The position numbers and the translations under genes are program-made. Below, piece by piece: positions 13,283 through 25,647 of a stretch of DNA of 64,000 nucleotides (positions within the stretch are counted from its first letter, which is position 1; each line of letters begins with the position of its first letter). The stretch comes from Eledone cirrhosa (Eukaryota), in NCBI GenBank assembly GCA_964016885.1, contig OZ024740.1:32116001-32180000 (forward strand), written 5' to 3'. The notes under the pieces are model-generated. The model worked only from the letters and a program-made list of their open reading frames with translations. It made no database searches and was not told the DNA's origin.

Positions 13283-14479
13283 TACACGTACCCAAAATTG
13301 TATTTTTGTGGATGAGTAGTCAAGGTGGGTGAACTGATCAAATGTTTTATCCACTCCAGAAAGTTGAAAGTCAATGTTGTCTTAAGAGATCAACTCCAAA
13401 TATTTGTGTCTACTTTAAGCACAAGGCCAGCAATTACCCAGTTCATTACTGGTACTTTATTTTATCGACCCTGTAAGGATGAAAGGCAAAGTCAACCTCG
13501 GCGGGAGACATTCTGTATACAAAGGATTGACACTATAGGCATCCATTGAGAAAAATGTCCCAGAACTTGTTCTACTTTATTTCTACTTGGAATATACAAT
13601 TGGTATCAAATACCGAAAAAAAAAAGTTAATTAATTTTTTAGCGCACAGATCTTTGTAAAAATTGACATATGAAGGGTTTTTTTTTAATTATTATTTAAC
13701 TATTAACATACCATAATGTGTTAGCAGAAAATATCTAAAAATAGATTTAAGCAAAGAATCGCTGCTTCCACCCTTAACGGGGTGTTAATAGTTAAAAGAA
13801 CACTTTGAATGACATTGCAGTTTTTTAAAAACGGAGGGAGGCACTGTCAGTCCATGCAAATGAAACAATGTTTCTATTGGTCTTTCCATTGCTGATATTA
13901 TCTGCTAGTTACAACACCTAGCAGATAGAGCAAAATAAAGTAAAGTATTTTGCATATGAAAACATGCTTCCTGGTCCAGGAATCCGACCTTATAATCTTG
14001 AATCGAACACCCTAACCACTAAATCTTCGATGATTAGAAATACTTATTCCTAAATCCTTAATTGAATAAACCAAGGGAATAAGACGAGAATCAATAGTTG
14101 TTTTTCAATATCATTATACCTCAAATGTAATACATTACAATTGGACAGCAGTTTTGCGTCGTACTGAATTCGTTCATTGAATAATATTTTCAAAATCATT
14201 TTGAGATCATCATTTATTGTATGTCTTGGACCAGAAATGTACAATCTAACATATAATTTTAATGGGGTTGAAAGAGAACTGGGCCGAAAAGATTGCCTTG
14301 AGGGACACCACTCTCAAATAGAGATGGAGAAGAATTGTCTTCAGTAAGAACAGAGTTCTATCAGATAAACAATCTTTGACCCATTTTATTATTTGCGAGT
14401 TAAAATGGTAGGATCCTAAAATAACTTCTGATCACTTCCATCTTGACTGAGCTGCTGCTAAACAACATTGTGTTTTTCG

Positions 14480-14680
14480 GTTCTCTGATAGATTTATGGT
14501 GGAGCCTGTGGCAATGGAGACTTCCACCGTGCTTGACCCTCTGACCACATTCCTACTCCTGCTATCGTGGCCCAGTTGGCTACTCGCAAGGGCGAGCCCC
14601 GCGAATTCAGAGTGGCTGTCCCAGCGTAGCTCCCGCGCCATCCTCCAGGGCAACGCCTTCTTTATTCTGTCCGCTCGGAC
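14480..14680 (+). mobile_element. CRE/RLE-type retrotransposon fragment
   Basis: VEPVAMETS..L and AILQGNA motifs; homologous to 7780-7950. Confidence 0.55.
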
Positions 14681-15697
14681 CACGAAGCAGACCAACCCAT
14701 AAAAATGTTTAAAGAAAGATTTATACCACAACCAGCCTGATACAAATAATATAAATAAGTCCCTGCCCTATTTATAAAATATACTCACAAAATATTTGTA
14801 AAGTGATTATTATTGTTTTCATCCTTTTCCGTGGTTGATAGAATATGTACCTATCAAATGCTATCAATTTAATCGATATACCCTCCCCTAAGAAATGTGT
14901 GCCTTTGTGCCAATGCTAGAAATCAAAATTATTGAGAGAGAGAAAATAGAATTGTAAATATGGTAAGATTATTTTGTTTACGAGCTGTGATAGGTAATAC
15001 AGAGTTTATAGTGAAAAATGAAATATTGTATGAACATGTGGCAATAGATAAGTGGAAAGATAACAACAATAACAGCTGATGCGTGTTGTATATTATGGCC
15101 TGGTCTAAAAACTCAGAAATAATTCCATCATTTATCAGCTCCTGAGAGTGTCTAGCTAAGTTAGGGATGTTTCGCTTTAGGTATATTAAACAGCAAGCAA
15201 TAAAATTTTTAAAAAAGAATTCACAATAAAATTAAACTAATCCATGCAAATCTTATCGCAATCTTACACAAATTCAATATTTTTCTGGGACTCATCCAAC
15301 TGCTTCGCTTCCTTGAGCTAATTTATTGGTGGGCGGCAATTAACTACACACTCTGTTGTGAGAAAATAAATCAGTATCGAAAAAATGCACAAATTATTAG
15401 GAAATAAATTTCAGTTCATCGATCTAAAGATATTCAAAACGCGAAGACTTGCAACGAAAATGCAGGCACCTTTCAGTTTCATACACATTTATTTAATTAT
15501 CTGCAATTTATATGCCTAAAGCGAAGCATCCCTGCCAAGTTTCGGTTCAATACCTTTAACTCAAATCCACTTTTTTACAACATGCGATCTGCGCATAACG
15601 TTCAGACACACAGAGGTTCGCAAGTGGTTCTTAGTAAATTAGGGAATATATTTACTTATAAAAGTTAAGATCGGCGTAGACGAACGGATAAACTCAC

Positions 15698-15760
15698 CAA
15701 AGTTGGATGCCATGCCGACATACAATTTCGATTTTAGCTTTAAAAAAACCTATTTTAATT
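15698..15760 (-). other. Candidate 5' non-coding exon of the RNFT-like gene (5' boundary uncertain)
   Basis: Strong donor TTG|GTGAGT at 15698/15697 in a locally CpG-containing, repeat-poor stretch. Confidence 0.35.
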
Positions 15761-18484
15761 CATACCACCAATTTCTTTTAGAATAGAATGAATATCGTAA
15801 TTTTCCATTTCTCTCGCTTTTAATATATAGGCCCTTCGTAACAAGTTAAAAGTATTCGGTAGACCCTTTTGATGTCGTATTTCTAATGAAATACATTGCT
15901 TATGTGTATCAATTCATTTTGAAAAGTTGAAGAATTTAATGAGATAACTAACATTTTCATTAATAAACTGATTTTTCAAACATTACTTAACAAAAATTTC
16001 TTGCATAAAATCATGACTTTAAAATAAGTATGAACATTTTAAAAACGATATATAATAAAACCAGGGCAGTTTCGGACGCGTTGGTTTTAAAAGGGTTAAA
16101 GGTGGTACTGATGATTTCTGATTCTGTAGAGTATTAAATTAAATAGATAATAGTAATTTGTCTCCTCCTTCTCTATTTTATAATATTTCTTGACACTAAG
16201 TTTAAATCCAGTCGAATCCATTTTGCCTTTCATTGATCCCAGAATCAATAATAACCATAAAATAAGTATTAGTAAAGATTCAATGGACTAATAGATCCTG
16301 TTCTAAAAAATAGTTGTATACATGCGGTGTCAGGTTGGAAAACAAACATCAACCTTCTTTATGTTAAAAATATGAATTCACATTTGAAAATTTGAATGCA
16401 GGCCACCGTATTCCTTTAAAAGGAAACTACATGTCCCTGTCTATATCCGGGTTAATACAGGATTTCTTAATACTTTTATAACAGAAAGAAATGATAGTGT
16501 ACACATTTAACAGTGATTTTCATTTATCAAAGTAATAAACTTGAAATTAAATTAGCACTGTAGTATGGAAACGTATGTGAATACCAAGGTGTTTCGGATA
16601 AATTAGAAAAATACGAATTGTCAAATATACATATATCTAATCATGAATAAATAGATAAATAAGATGACGGCAGTTATTAAGGTATTTGGGTAAAAGTACA
16701 GGTGCACTATATATACGTAAGGATGTTGCATCTCCTGTCGGAAATGGTCTTCATTCAAGTGTAACAAAAAAAAATATTCTATTTTAGAAACAAGTTTTAC
16801 TGGTAATTCTAAAGGGCACGAGGAAAGGAATAAACCTATCACCCTTTACCTTACAGATATGATCAAGATTAAATTCTATGTAAAAAGTGCAATTAGGAAT
16901 ATTTAAAGTAACGGCGATTAATGTTATTATACCGTTAAGATCGACTTTATTTATTTATCCTTCTGTGGTCCTTATACAAGAATTATTATAATAACAGTGG
17001 ACCGCCCCTCATATTGATTGTAAGCTTAAGAAACTATTATAATGACTACAACGCTGGGTTTTCCGCTAAACAGGTCTTCCTTTCATTTTCGATGACCAAA
17101 TAAAAAAAACTGCTCATACATTCATTGCTTCTACCCCTAGAATTAAAAGAAAAAAAGGTTATGAACATCGCAAATTCATATTTCTTTGCTATCGAGATTC
17201 TCAGGCGTTATGCCTGTGTAAATCAAAATTCAGATGTTACTTTGGGTTTCTCTCACTCAACAAGGTGTGGTATCAAATGACGAATTACGTATTCAGACTA
17301 ATTTCAGAATTATAATTCTATGGATTTAATCATTCAAATTCGCAGAAGCTTTTATTGTAAACGAAAGGTAAACAATATACTTTGTAAACAACAGCGATCA
17401 ACAAATTTAAAGGATCCAGTAGATTTTTAGGAAAATAAACAAAAACAAGGAATAAAGTGTCTCTTCGAAACATGCTAGCACAGCACTTTCTTTTTTTTTT
17501 CTTTTTGCTTACATTTTTACAAACAATTTTGGTAATATTTACTTACCGTATAATGAACATGTGTCACATTAAAACATTTAAAGAACTACTTTTGATCTCA
17601 GTATGTTCGTTAAAAAAGAATTATCATATAATTCTTTTTTTTCATATCCGATCTGAAATGTTTTGATGTTGGATAGAGAACGTGGTAGCGGTCGTCAGTA
17701 GGTTTAAACTGACCAACATGAGACAAATAGTCCTGTTACTTTTACTTGATAACTGCCATGTTATGAGGCTAGACAAGAAAGAATATACAAATATTGTTGA
17801 TATTAAAAAAAAAATACACGAGACTATCAATAAGTGTAAATCATCAACGCCCGATCATTTCCGTCGACACGAATTACTTCCGTCTTTTGGTTATCGTTCT
17901 TGAAGACGCGTAGTAAACTCACCTGCAGTGATTTAGACTAGCTTCTTATTTACAATAACTCTTTCCATCAAGTGTTTGTATATCCTCTGCGGTAATGCTG
18001 CCAGTGTATTGGCTTGCCTTAAAAAGTATTAGAGGGAGGTCCCAGTATCCCTTTTCGTGTGTGACTAACAGGTTGACACGCATTACTTAGTGTTGAATTA
18101 ATATTTACTTTCGTTTTGTGTTTATATTTATGGGAACCTTTAACCATAATTTTATTCACTGTTGTATAAAAAGAGATATAATAATTGTTTCTACTTTTGG
18201 CACAAGGCCAGCAATTACTCAGTGTATTACTGGTACTTTATTTGATCGACCCCGTAAGGATGAAAGGCAAAGTTAACCTCGGCAGGATTTGAACTCAGAA
18301 TTGCAGAGATATAATAATACAATGCTTACAAAACGAAAGCGCAAACTAATATAATATAAAGGAAAAAACAAAAAAACACATCTGGGGCCATATACAAAGA
18401 AAGGCAGGCGAAAGGGGTGGACAACCGATCAGCTATCAGAGTAAAAGATAACAGTATCGCGAGGAGCACTGAGAAACCCCTCAA

Positions 18485-18600
18485 ATGATTTTTGAGGCAA
18501 GCCAGCACGCTCGCAGCGTTACCCCGGGTGATGGCCAGGCTGATGCACTGGAACAACCAAGCGCCCTCACGAGCTTCACCAGTTACCTCTGTTATGGGAA
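18485..18600 (-). mobile_element. CRE-type retrotransposon C-terminal fragment
   Basis: FQCISLAITRGNAASVLACL; a related plus-strand bit lies at ~17985-18030. Confidence 0.55.
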
Positions 18601-18920
18601 TATTTATTTAATTAAGTATTGTATATATTATTTGTGCGCATATTTTCATTCTGTAAGAAATATAAATTTAATCGTGTATGTCATTTGTACATAACCAAAT
18701 GTATTCTAGCCTTAGGACTTACATAATCTTATTTAATATAGTAGGATGTGATTTGGAGGCGATTTGACTGCTATTTTTAGCAGTTTGAACGGCAATGTAC
18801 AGTCTTCCTTACTGCTGGAAAGTGCTTACTCTGCCACAGGGATCAGCAACTTAATTTTATAATTGTTCACTTTGGATTGGGAAGGGGGTTCTATTTTTCC
18901 CCACGTGTTTATTATATCAT

Positions 18921-19800
18921 ATACTAGCAGTAAAGCCCGGCGTTGCTCGGGGCTGCTCAGTAGCTGTGTTAAAGTTACAATGTTAAGTTCCTTTCTTGGC
19001 TTAAAAACTGTAAAGTCTACAGTGTAGACTTTCATGTGGTACTTTTGATTAATATTCCCTCAACCAACAGTATGCCTTATGAAGTTAAGAAAACAACCAT
19101 ATCCCGAATGTTAAAACAAATGAGGATGCTGGGGATAAAAACTGCACTGGTAATCTATTAACAAAAATCTAAAATGCAACACTTGTCTCAGAGAAAAACA
19201 TCAGCGTAACCAAACTATCAGTTATTTTGAAACAAAGAAATTGGATGGACATGAAAAACAAAAATGCGTTATCTGTCTGTCGTTTAAAATCATTGCTTCT
19301 AAATGAAAATCTCATACGGCTTTATACAAAATTATATATATATATAGATCAATGCTTTTTTTTACAAAATATTTGCTTGTTTTACGGTGTATTCAAATAG
19401 GCTTGTTTTCAAGGAAAAATATTGTTTTAAAAGACTTTTTAATGGAAATGAAGCAAAATGGAAGCTTAATGTTGAAACTTCAAACTCATGAATTTTGCAG
19501 GTTAAAATTTTGCTGGTCCGAAAACCTGTTCGCGTATTTTTGTACTTTTGCACGCGTCGTATATTTGTAACGTAAATAGATAGACAGAATGAAGCGATAA
19601 AAGGGAAATAACTCGTCTCCCATCTCCATTTATACATTTGAACTGAAAAATCAATACATTACAAATTCGATTTTTACACTTGGCGTAGGTCGATTTGAAA
19701 AGTGTAGCAATTTCACCGAAATTTGAATGTACGGTTTAGGAGGAGATGTGTGTCAACCGTTTTAGTAGACAGACAGACAACATCAGTTTTATATATATAG
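18921..19800 (+). mobile_element. Non-autonomous Helitron/Helentron-like element
   Basis: One end is ACTAGC...CCCGGCGTTGCTCGGG (hairpin); the other is (GACA)n...TTTTATATATATAG. A second ACTAGCAGAAAACC..GGTTTTCTGCTAG hairpin follows at 19801. Confidence 0.5.
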
Positions 19801-20353
19801 ACTAGCAGAAAACCACCCGTGGGCGGTTTTCTGCTAGCAAATCTAGTGTATATACTGATATTGTTGAGATTTGGATGAGAAATGTTTTCGGCACCACATG
19901 TTCACCGTCTCTCGGTGTGTCTTTTATGCATGTATAAATATATATGTTATCTATACGGTGAAATCTTTGAAATAAATATATGTTAAAACGAAAAAGGAGA
20001 AAAGGAGATTAGTGACGGAAATATAAACGTTATGATACATAAACGTTATGATATAACGATGGAAATATATCTTCAAATGGTCCTTGGCATGGTGTCAAGT
20101 CAGAACCGCCTCGAACTGGTTACTTCTGGCTTGTGCAAGGTGTCTCTATAGCAACCAGCGATTCCCTCGGCCTCAGTGACCAAAGTCAGTGGAGAGGGGA
20201 AGGTAATGTTTCTATAGCGACAGTGTTTCTCTTGGTAGTACCAAAGTGGAGAAAGGAAGGGGAAGGTAATATTTCTGTAGCACCTACATTTGAGTTTTAG
20301 GGAAGGACAGACAGACAGACAAACAGAGAAATGCCCATATATTTCTGTGTGTG

Positions 20354-20390
<37 letters not shown>

Positions 20391-20607
20391 CACACACAGA
20401 AATGTATATATATTTCTGTGTGTATATATATATATTTCTCTGTGTGTATATATATATATATTACACACACAGAAATGTATATATATTTCTTAGAACAAAA
20501 TTATTATTAATGTTTTGCTGTTCATAACATTTGGAATTGAAAAATTACTTTTGAAATTATTAGTTATTTTACTAATGCTTAGATATGTAAAAATGAAGCA
20601 ATGTTTC

Positions 20608-20781
20608 TAATAATTGTTTCTACTTTTGGCACAAGGCCAGCAATTACCCAGTACATTACTGGTACTTTATTTTATCGACCCCGTGAGGATGAAAGGCAAA
20701 GTTAACCTCGGCGGTATTTGAACTCAGACCGTAAAGGGACGTAACTCCATGTTATGAAGCATGGTGTCCGACTCTCTACAG
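20608..20781 (-). mobile_element. tRNA-derived SINE, full copy
   Basis: Same family as 3562-3752. Other copies or partials at ~13405, 18182, 29680, 32170, 32410, 41760 (+), 47885 (+) and 48222. Confidence 0.8.
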
Positions 20782-21029
20782 ATTCTGCCAATCCACCGCC
20801 CTAATGTCTGTACGTAATGAGGGAGTGAGAGGGGAGAGAAAGAAAGGCAGAGGTGAAGTGACGAAGTGACTCTCTCCTCCTCCTCCTCCATCTCCCCATT
20901 CGTCACAGCGATAGAGGGGAGGAATGTTAGTGTGTTACAAAGAGAAAGAGTGAGAGTGAGAGAAACAGACAGACTAAAAGAGAGGGGAGAGAGAGAGAGA
21001 TAGCAACAGATACAGTACAGTAGCTAAGG

Positions 21030-21077
21030 GATGTATATATATTTCTGTGTGTATATATATATACATTTCTGTGTGTG

Positions 21078-21122
<45 letters not shown>

Positions 21123-21199
21123 GAAATATATATACATTTCTGTGTGTGTAATATATATATATATATACACACAGAAATATATATACATTTCTGTGTGTG

Positions 21200-21237
<38 letters not shown>

Positions 21238-21340
21238 CACACACAGAAATGTATATATATTTCTGTGTGTATATATATATATTTCTGTGTGTGTATATAT
21301 ATATATATATTACACACACACAGAAATGTATATATGTTTC
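21030..21340. repeat. Compound (TA)n/(TG)n microsatellite with alternating inverted ATTTCTGTGTGT/ACACACAGAAAT blocks
   Basis: Seen directly; a smaller copy lies at 20337-20490. Confidence 0.9.
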
Positions 21341-21859
21341 TGTAGCACTCCTCAATTCCCCCCTCTCTCCCTCCCGCTATCCCCCTTTGCAGTCTGTCTC
21401 TTTCTTTCACTCTCTCTCTCTACGCGTGCGCAAAAAACATTCGCACGCGCGCACGTGTTTTAGCGTCTATTCACTCTCTCCCTCCCGCTATCCCCCTCTC
21501 GTAATCTGTCTCTTTCTTTCACTCTCACTCTCTCTCTCTCTACGCGTGCGCAAAAAACATTCGCACGCGCGCACGTGTTTCCACTGTCGGTCAGACAGAC
21601 AGAAATTGCTGGTTATATATTATAAAGAGATAATATATAAAGATTTGAAAGGTCTTAAGTCCACAGAACACTTCACTGACCAACAGTTGTTGACACCTGT
21701 GATTACAATATTTCTGTGACACTAGTTAGTTACAGCTTATAAATTCAAACTGTTTGTAATAAACCTGTTCAACTCAAGAAAACAATTTTATTTACATAGA
21801 TATATCACATAATAAACAGGGTGATAAAAGAAATAATTAGAAAAAGGAAGAGGGAACGG

Positions 21860-22100
21860 CAAACTACATCCCTGGCTAGGCGGTGTATCTTAGATGCGCC
21901 CTGCGGACATGAGATCTAAAGCTTTGCCACATGAAACAGCCTGCTGCATCAGACGTTCCACCTCATGAAGCTCTTTCATTAGGCAGAACGCTCTCCTGAT
22001 TTTGCGGAAGAAAACAGCAGTCCGGGGACCAAGTACACCAGAGGTCTCAACGGCAACCGGCACAAAAGTGGTCGGTCGAGCCCCAGTATTTGGCTATCAC
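21860..22100 (-). mobile_element. CRE/RLE-type retrotransposon fragment
   Basis: The minus strand encodes FVPVAVETSGVLGP. Confidence 0.5.
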
Positions 22101-22715
22101 CTTATAACAGAAATGGATGGTACTTCTAGTGTGTCATCAATTATATACTTGAACTGAGTTGTCTTTGATTCTACATTTCTTGATAACAAATTCGCTACTT
22201 TCCTCCATTTCAACCCCCAAATTTCTTCTATTTCAACTTAGATAATTAAATCTCGAGTTTCTTCTAATTTAACTTATATAATTATCATAAATCCCAAATT
22301 TCTTCTATTTCAACTTATATAATTACCGTATATACTCGATCGCTCTTTTTACCCTGACACAATGTCATACAGGCTACACTATCTAATGGGTTTTGTTTTT
22401 AAGATATGGTGTAATACAAGGGAGATTTAGCTAAGACGCATCCGTGACTGTGTTGAGGATGTTCAGCCCTGATCGAGACCTATTATCAAAAGCCTTGACC
22501 ATTTGTTCAGGGAACCAGCAAACCCAAGTCCATAATATCCTAGTGTTTTACCGATGTAAATAAGTTGCCGGTATAAGGGAGATAACTCTCCTAAACTAAA
22601 TCACACGGTACGTAAGGTTTCATAAAACGAAATGGTGACCAATCATAATTGTACACCCGTGACTGAAAGTAGTAAAACAGCATGTACACACACGCATGTA
22701 TATATATATGTATGT

Positions 22716-24375
22716 GTATAGAGGTATAAAGCTGATGGAGCAGGTCATGAAAGTAACAGAAAGAGTTATAGCACAGTTGATTAGGGACCGGGTGAAACTA
22801 GATGAGATGCAATTTGGGTTTGTACCAGGAAGAGGCACCACTGATGCCCTCTTCCTTGTGAGGCAGTTACAGGAAAAGTAAGTCACTCTACCTGGCATTC
22901 GCCGATCTCGAGAAAGCCTTTGACAGAGTTCCACGTGCTGTAATCTGGTGGGCTCTTAGAAAACTAGGAGTAGATGAATGGCTTGTGAAAGCTGTACAAG
23001 CCATGCATAGGGGAGCAGTCAGCAAAGTTAGGATTGGCAATGAGTATAGCGAGGAATTTAGCGTACAGGTTGGTGTCCACCAGGGCTTTGTTCTTAGCCC
23101 TCTCCTGTTCATCATAGTCTTGCAGGCAATAACGGAGGAGTTTAAGACCGGATGCCCATGGGAACTTCTGTATGCTGATGACCTCGCACTTATAGCTGAA
23201 TCTATGGTAGAACTAGAGAAGAAATTCCAAACTTGGAAGCAGGGACTAGAAAGAAAGGGTCTCAAAGTCAACATGCCAAAGACTAAGGTCCTTGTAAGTA
23301 GACGAGAAAACAGAACCCAGATCCCCTCAGTATGTAGGAAAGGTGTAGGTAGGAACTCCATTCTCCGCCCCAAATGCAAACAATGGGTACACAAGAGATG
23401 TAGCGGGATCTCAGGAAGCTTAATTAAGAATGTAGGCTTCACATGCAGCAGCTGTGCTGGGACAGCAAGCAGCAAACAGCCACAGGAAACAATTACCACC
23501 AATCTCTGGGAGGGCTCTGTAGAAACAGTAGACATTTTCTGCTACCTAGGTGACCAAATTAGCAGCGGAGGTGGGTGTTCTGAAAGTACAATAACTAGGG
23601 TAAGAACGGGATGGAAGAAGTTCAGGGAACTTCTGCCACTGCTAGCTGCAAAAGGCTTCTCCCTCAAAATGAAAGGCAGACTGTATGATGCGTGTATCCG
23701 AACAGAAATGTTACATGGTAGTGAGACCTGGGCGCTGAAGGTGGAAGACTTACGTATATTAGAAAGAAACGAAGCCTGCATGCTCCGATGGATGTGTAAT
23801 AGTAATATACACGAACGACAAAGCATAAGAGGAATCAAATGCTGTGTGCAGGAGAGGCGGTTGTGTTGGTTGGACATGTGATGCGTATGAAGGATGACAG
23901 CTGCATAAAAAGGTGTAGAGCACTAGAAGTCAATGGAAACCGCGGAGTGGGGAGACCCAAGAAGACCTGGGATGAGGTGGTAAAAGCCGACCTTACCCAA
24001 TTACACCTCTCAAAGGCGATGACACACGACCGTGACCTCTGACGTCACGCAGTAATACAGAGTACCCGACTTCCCATGGGTACAAGCTGAAGCATATAGA
24101 CAATATGCCCCCACTGCAAGGTCGTCGTGGAGGTGCCATGGCAAAAAAGCACCCAGCCCACACTGTAAAGTGGACATGTAGGCGCCACGGAAAAAGCACC
24201 CAGCACTCACTGTAAATGAGGTTGGTGTTAGGAAAGGCATCCAGCTATAGAAATCAAGCCAAAATCAGTTCCTGTATGAGCAAGGCATGGTCAGCCGACC
24301 AGACACTGCCCACAACAGGACAACCCGTCTAACCCATGCTAGCATGGAAGAACGGACGTAAAACGGTGATGATGA
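22716..24375 (+). mobile_element. 5'-truncated, frameshifted RTE LINE of the same subfamily as 5200-6866
   Basis: Highly similar DNA and protein with small deletions, the same 3' UTR and (GAT)n tail, followed by (TA)n. Confidence 0.93.
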
Positions 24376-24789
24376 TATATATATATATATATATATACAC
24401 GTGTGTATATCCGTAAGTAGTTGATGGATGAGAGAAAAGAGTACTCAATACCGAAGTAGAGTTTAAATATTTATTATGGCCAAATAATGAGTCTTGTTAC
24501 ACTGGAGTTTCCACTCTGCACTCAGTCATATATACTTTAAATATATATGTGTGTGTGTGAGTATATATGCACGTGTTTATTTATTTTCTAGGTAGAAAAG
24601 TGGAAGTGACTTCGAAGTTTCAGCTTGGATGCTTTATTTGGCAACCAGACCAAGCTGAAACTTGGAAGTTACTGCCACTTTTCTACCTAGAAAATAAATT
24701 TCTACATGCTGCCTACCAGTACCGAGTGCTCATTCAGTTAATGTTTAAATACTACGGTATTTTAAACATATATAAGGGAGGACCTGCGC

Positions 24790-25278
24790 AGATTGGAAAG
24801 GAATGAAGCATGCAAAGTGAGAAATTAGGAATAAGAGGGATCAAATGCAGTTTACTTGAGAGGACATTACATTGGTATGGTCATGTGATGCAAATGAAAG
24901 ACGACAGTTGTTTAAAAATGTGCAGGGCAATGAAAATTGATGGAAGCTATGGAGTAGGTAGACCCAGAAAAACCTGGGACATGATAAAAACTGACCTTGC
25001 ACACTGGATCGAGACCTTTGGCACTACGCAGTAATACAGAAGATCCGCCTTCCCTTACGTACGAAGTTAAACCTACCCCAACTTCCACCCACAACACCTT
25101 TTCTCTGTAAAGTGGTCGTGTAGGTGTGACAACAAAAATCCCCCAGTCCACACTGTAAAGTGGTTGGTGTTAGGAAGGGCATCCTGCCAGATAGTCCTAT
25201 ACAAGCGAGACACGGTCACCCGATCAATCTTGCCTAAAGTGGGACAATTCCCGTCTAACCCATGCTAACGTGGAAGAC
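24790..25278 (+). mobile_element. Older RTE 3' fragment
   Basis: LHWYGHVMQM...GRPRKTW plus a 3' UTR related to 6600-6850. Confidence 0.8.
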
Positions 25279-25471
25279 CAGCAATCACCCAAGCATGCCG
25301 ATCATCCCTCTCTACTCTACTGATGATATATATATTTAAAGTATATATATAATTTTATGTCCATTTTTCTATGCTGTTTTGGATATTCATGCAACAAATA
25401 ATAATACAAAACTGATTGAGACAAATAAAAGAGCAAATAACTAATTTGTATTTGTTTTAAAAAATTTATAA

Positions 25472-25647
25472 CTATATAATTTTCCTTCTTTTAGTTTGTT
25501 TCAGTTTTCTTGCTTTCACTCTTTTGTTTTTTATTTTCATTTTATGTTTTTGCTTATTATTCATCCAAACTGGATAGTTTCCATCTTTGTCTCTCAAATC
25601 TTTGCCATAAACCTTTGCTGGTTTATCAGAAGTGTCCATTTGTTCAG
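25472..25647 (-). CDS. LLPH: LLP homolog, last coding exon
   Basis: Acceptor tcttttag|25647; encodes (S)EQMDTSDKPAKVYGKDLRDKDGNYPVWMNNKQKHKMKIKNKRVKARKLKQTKRRKII*. The D..G.YP.WMN motif and basic tail are typical of LLPH. Confidence 0.9.

Noticed and set aside
20927-21719. Long Y/I/C/T-rich ORFs
   Set aside because: Microsatellite translations.
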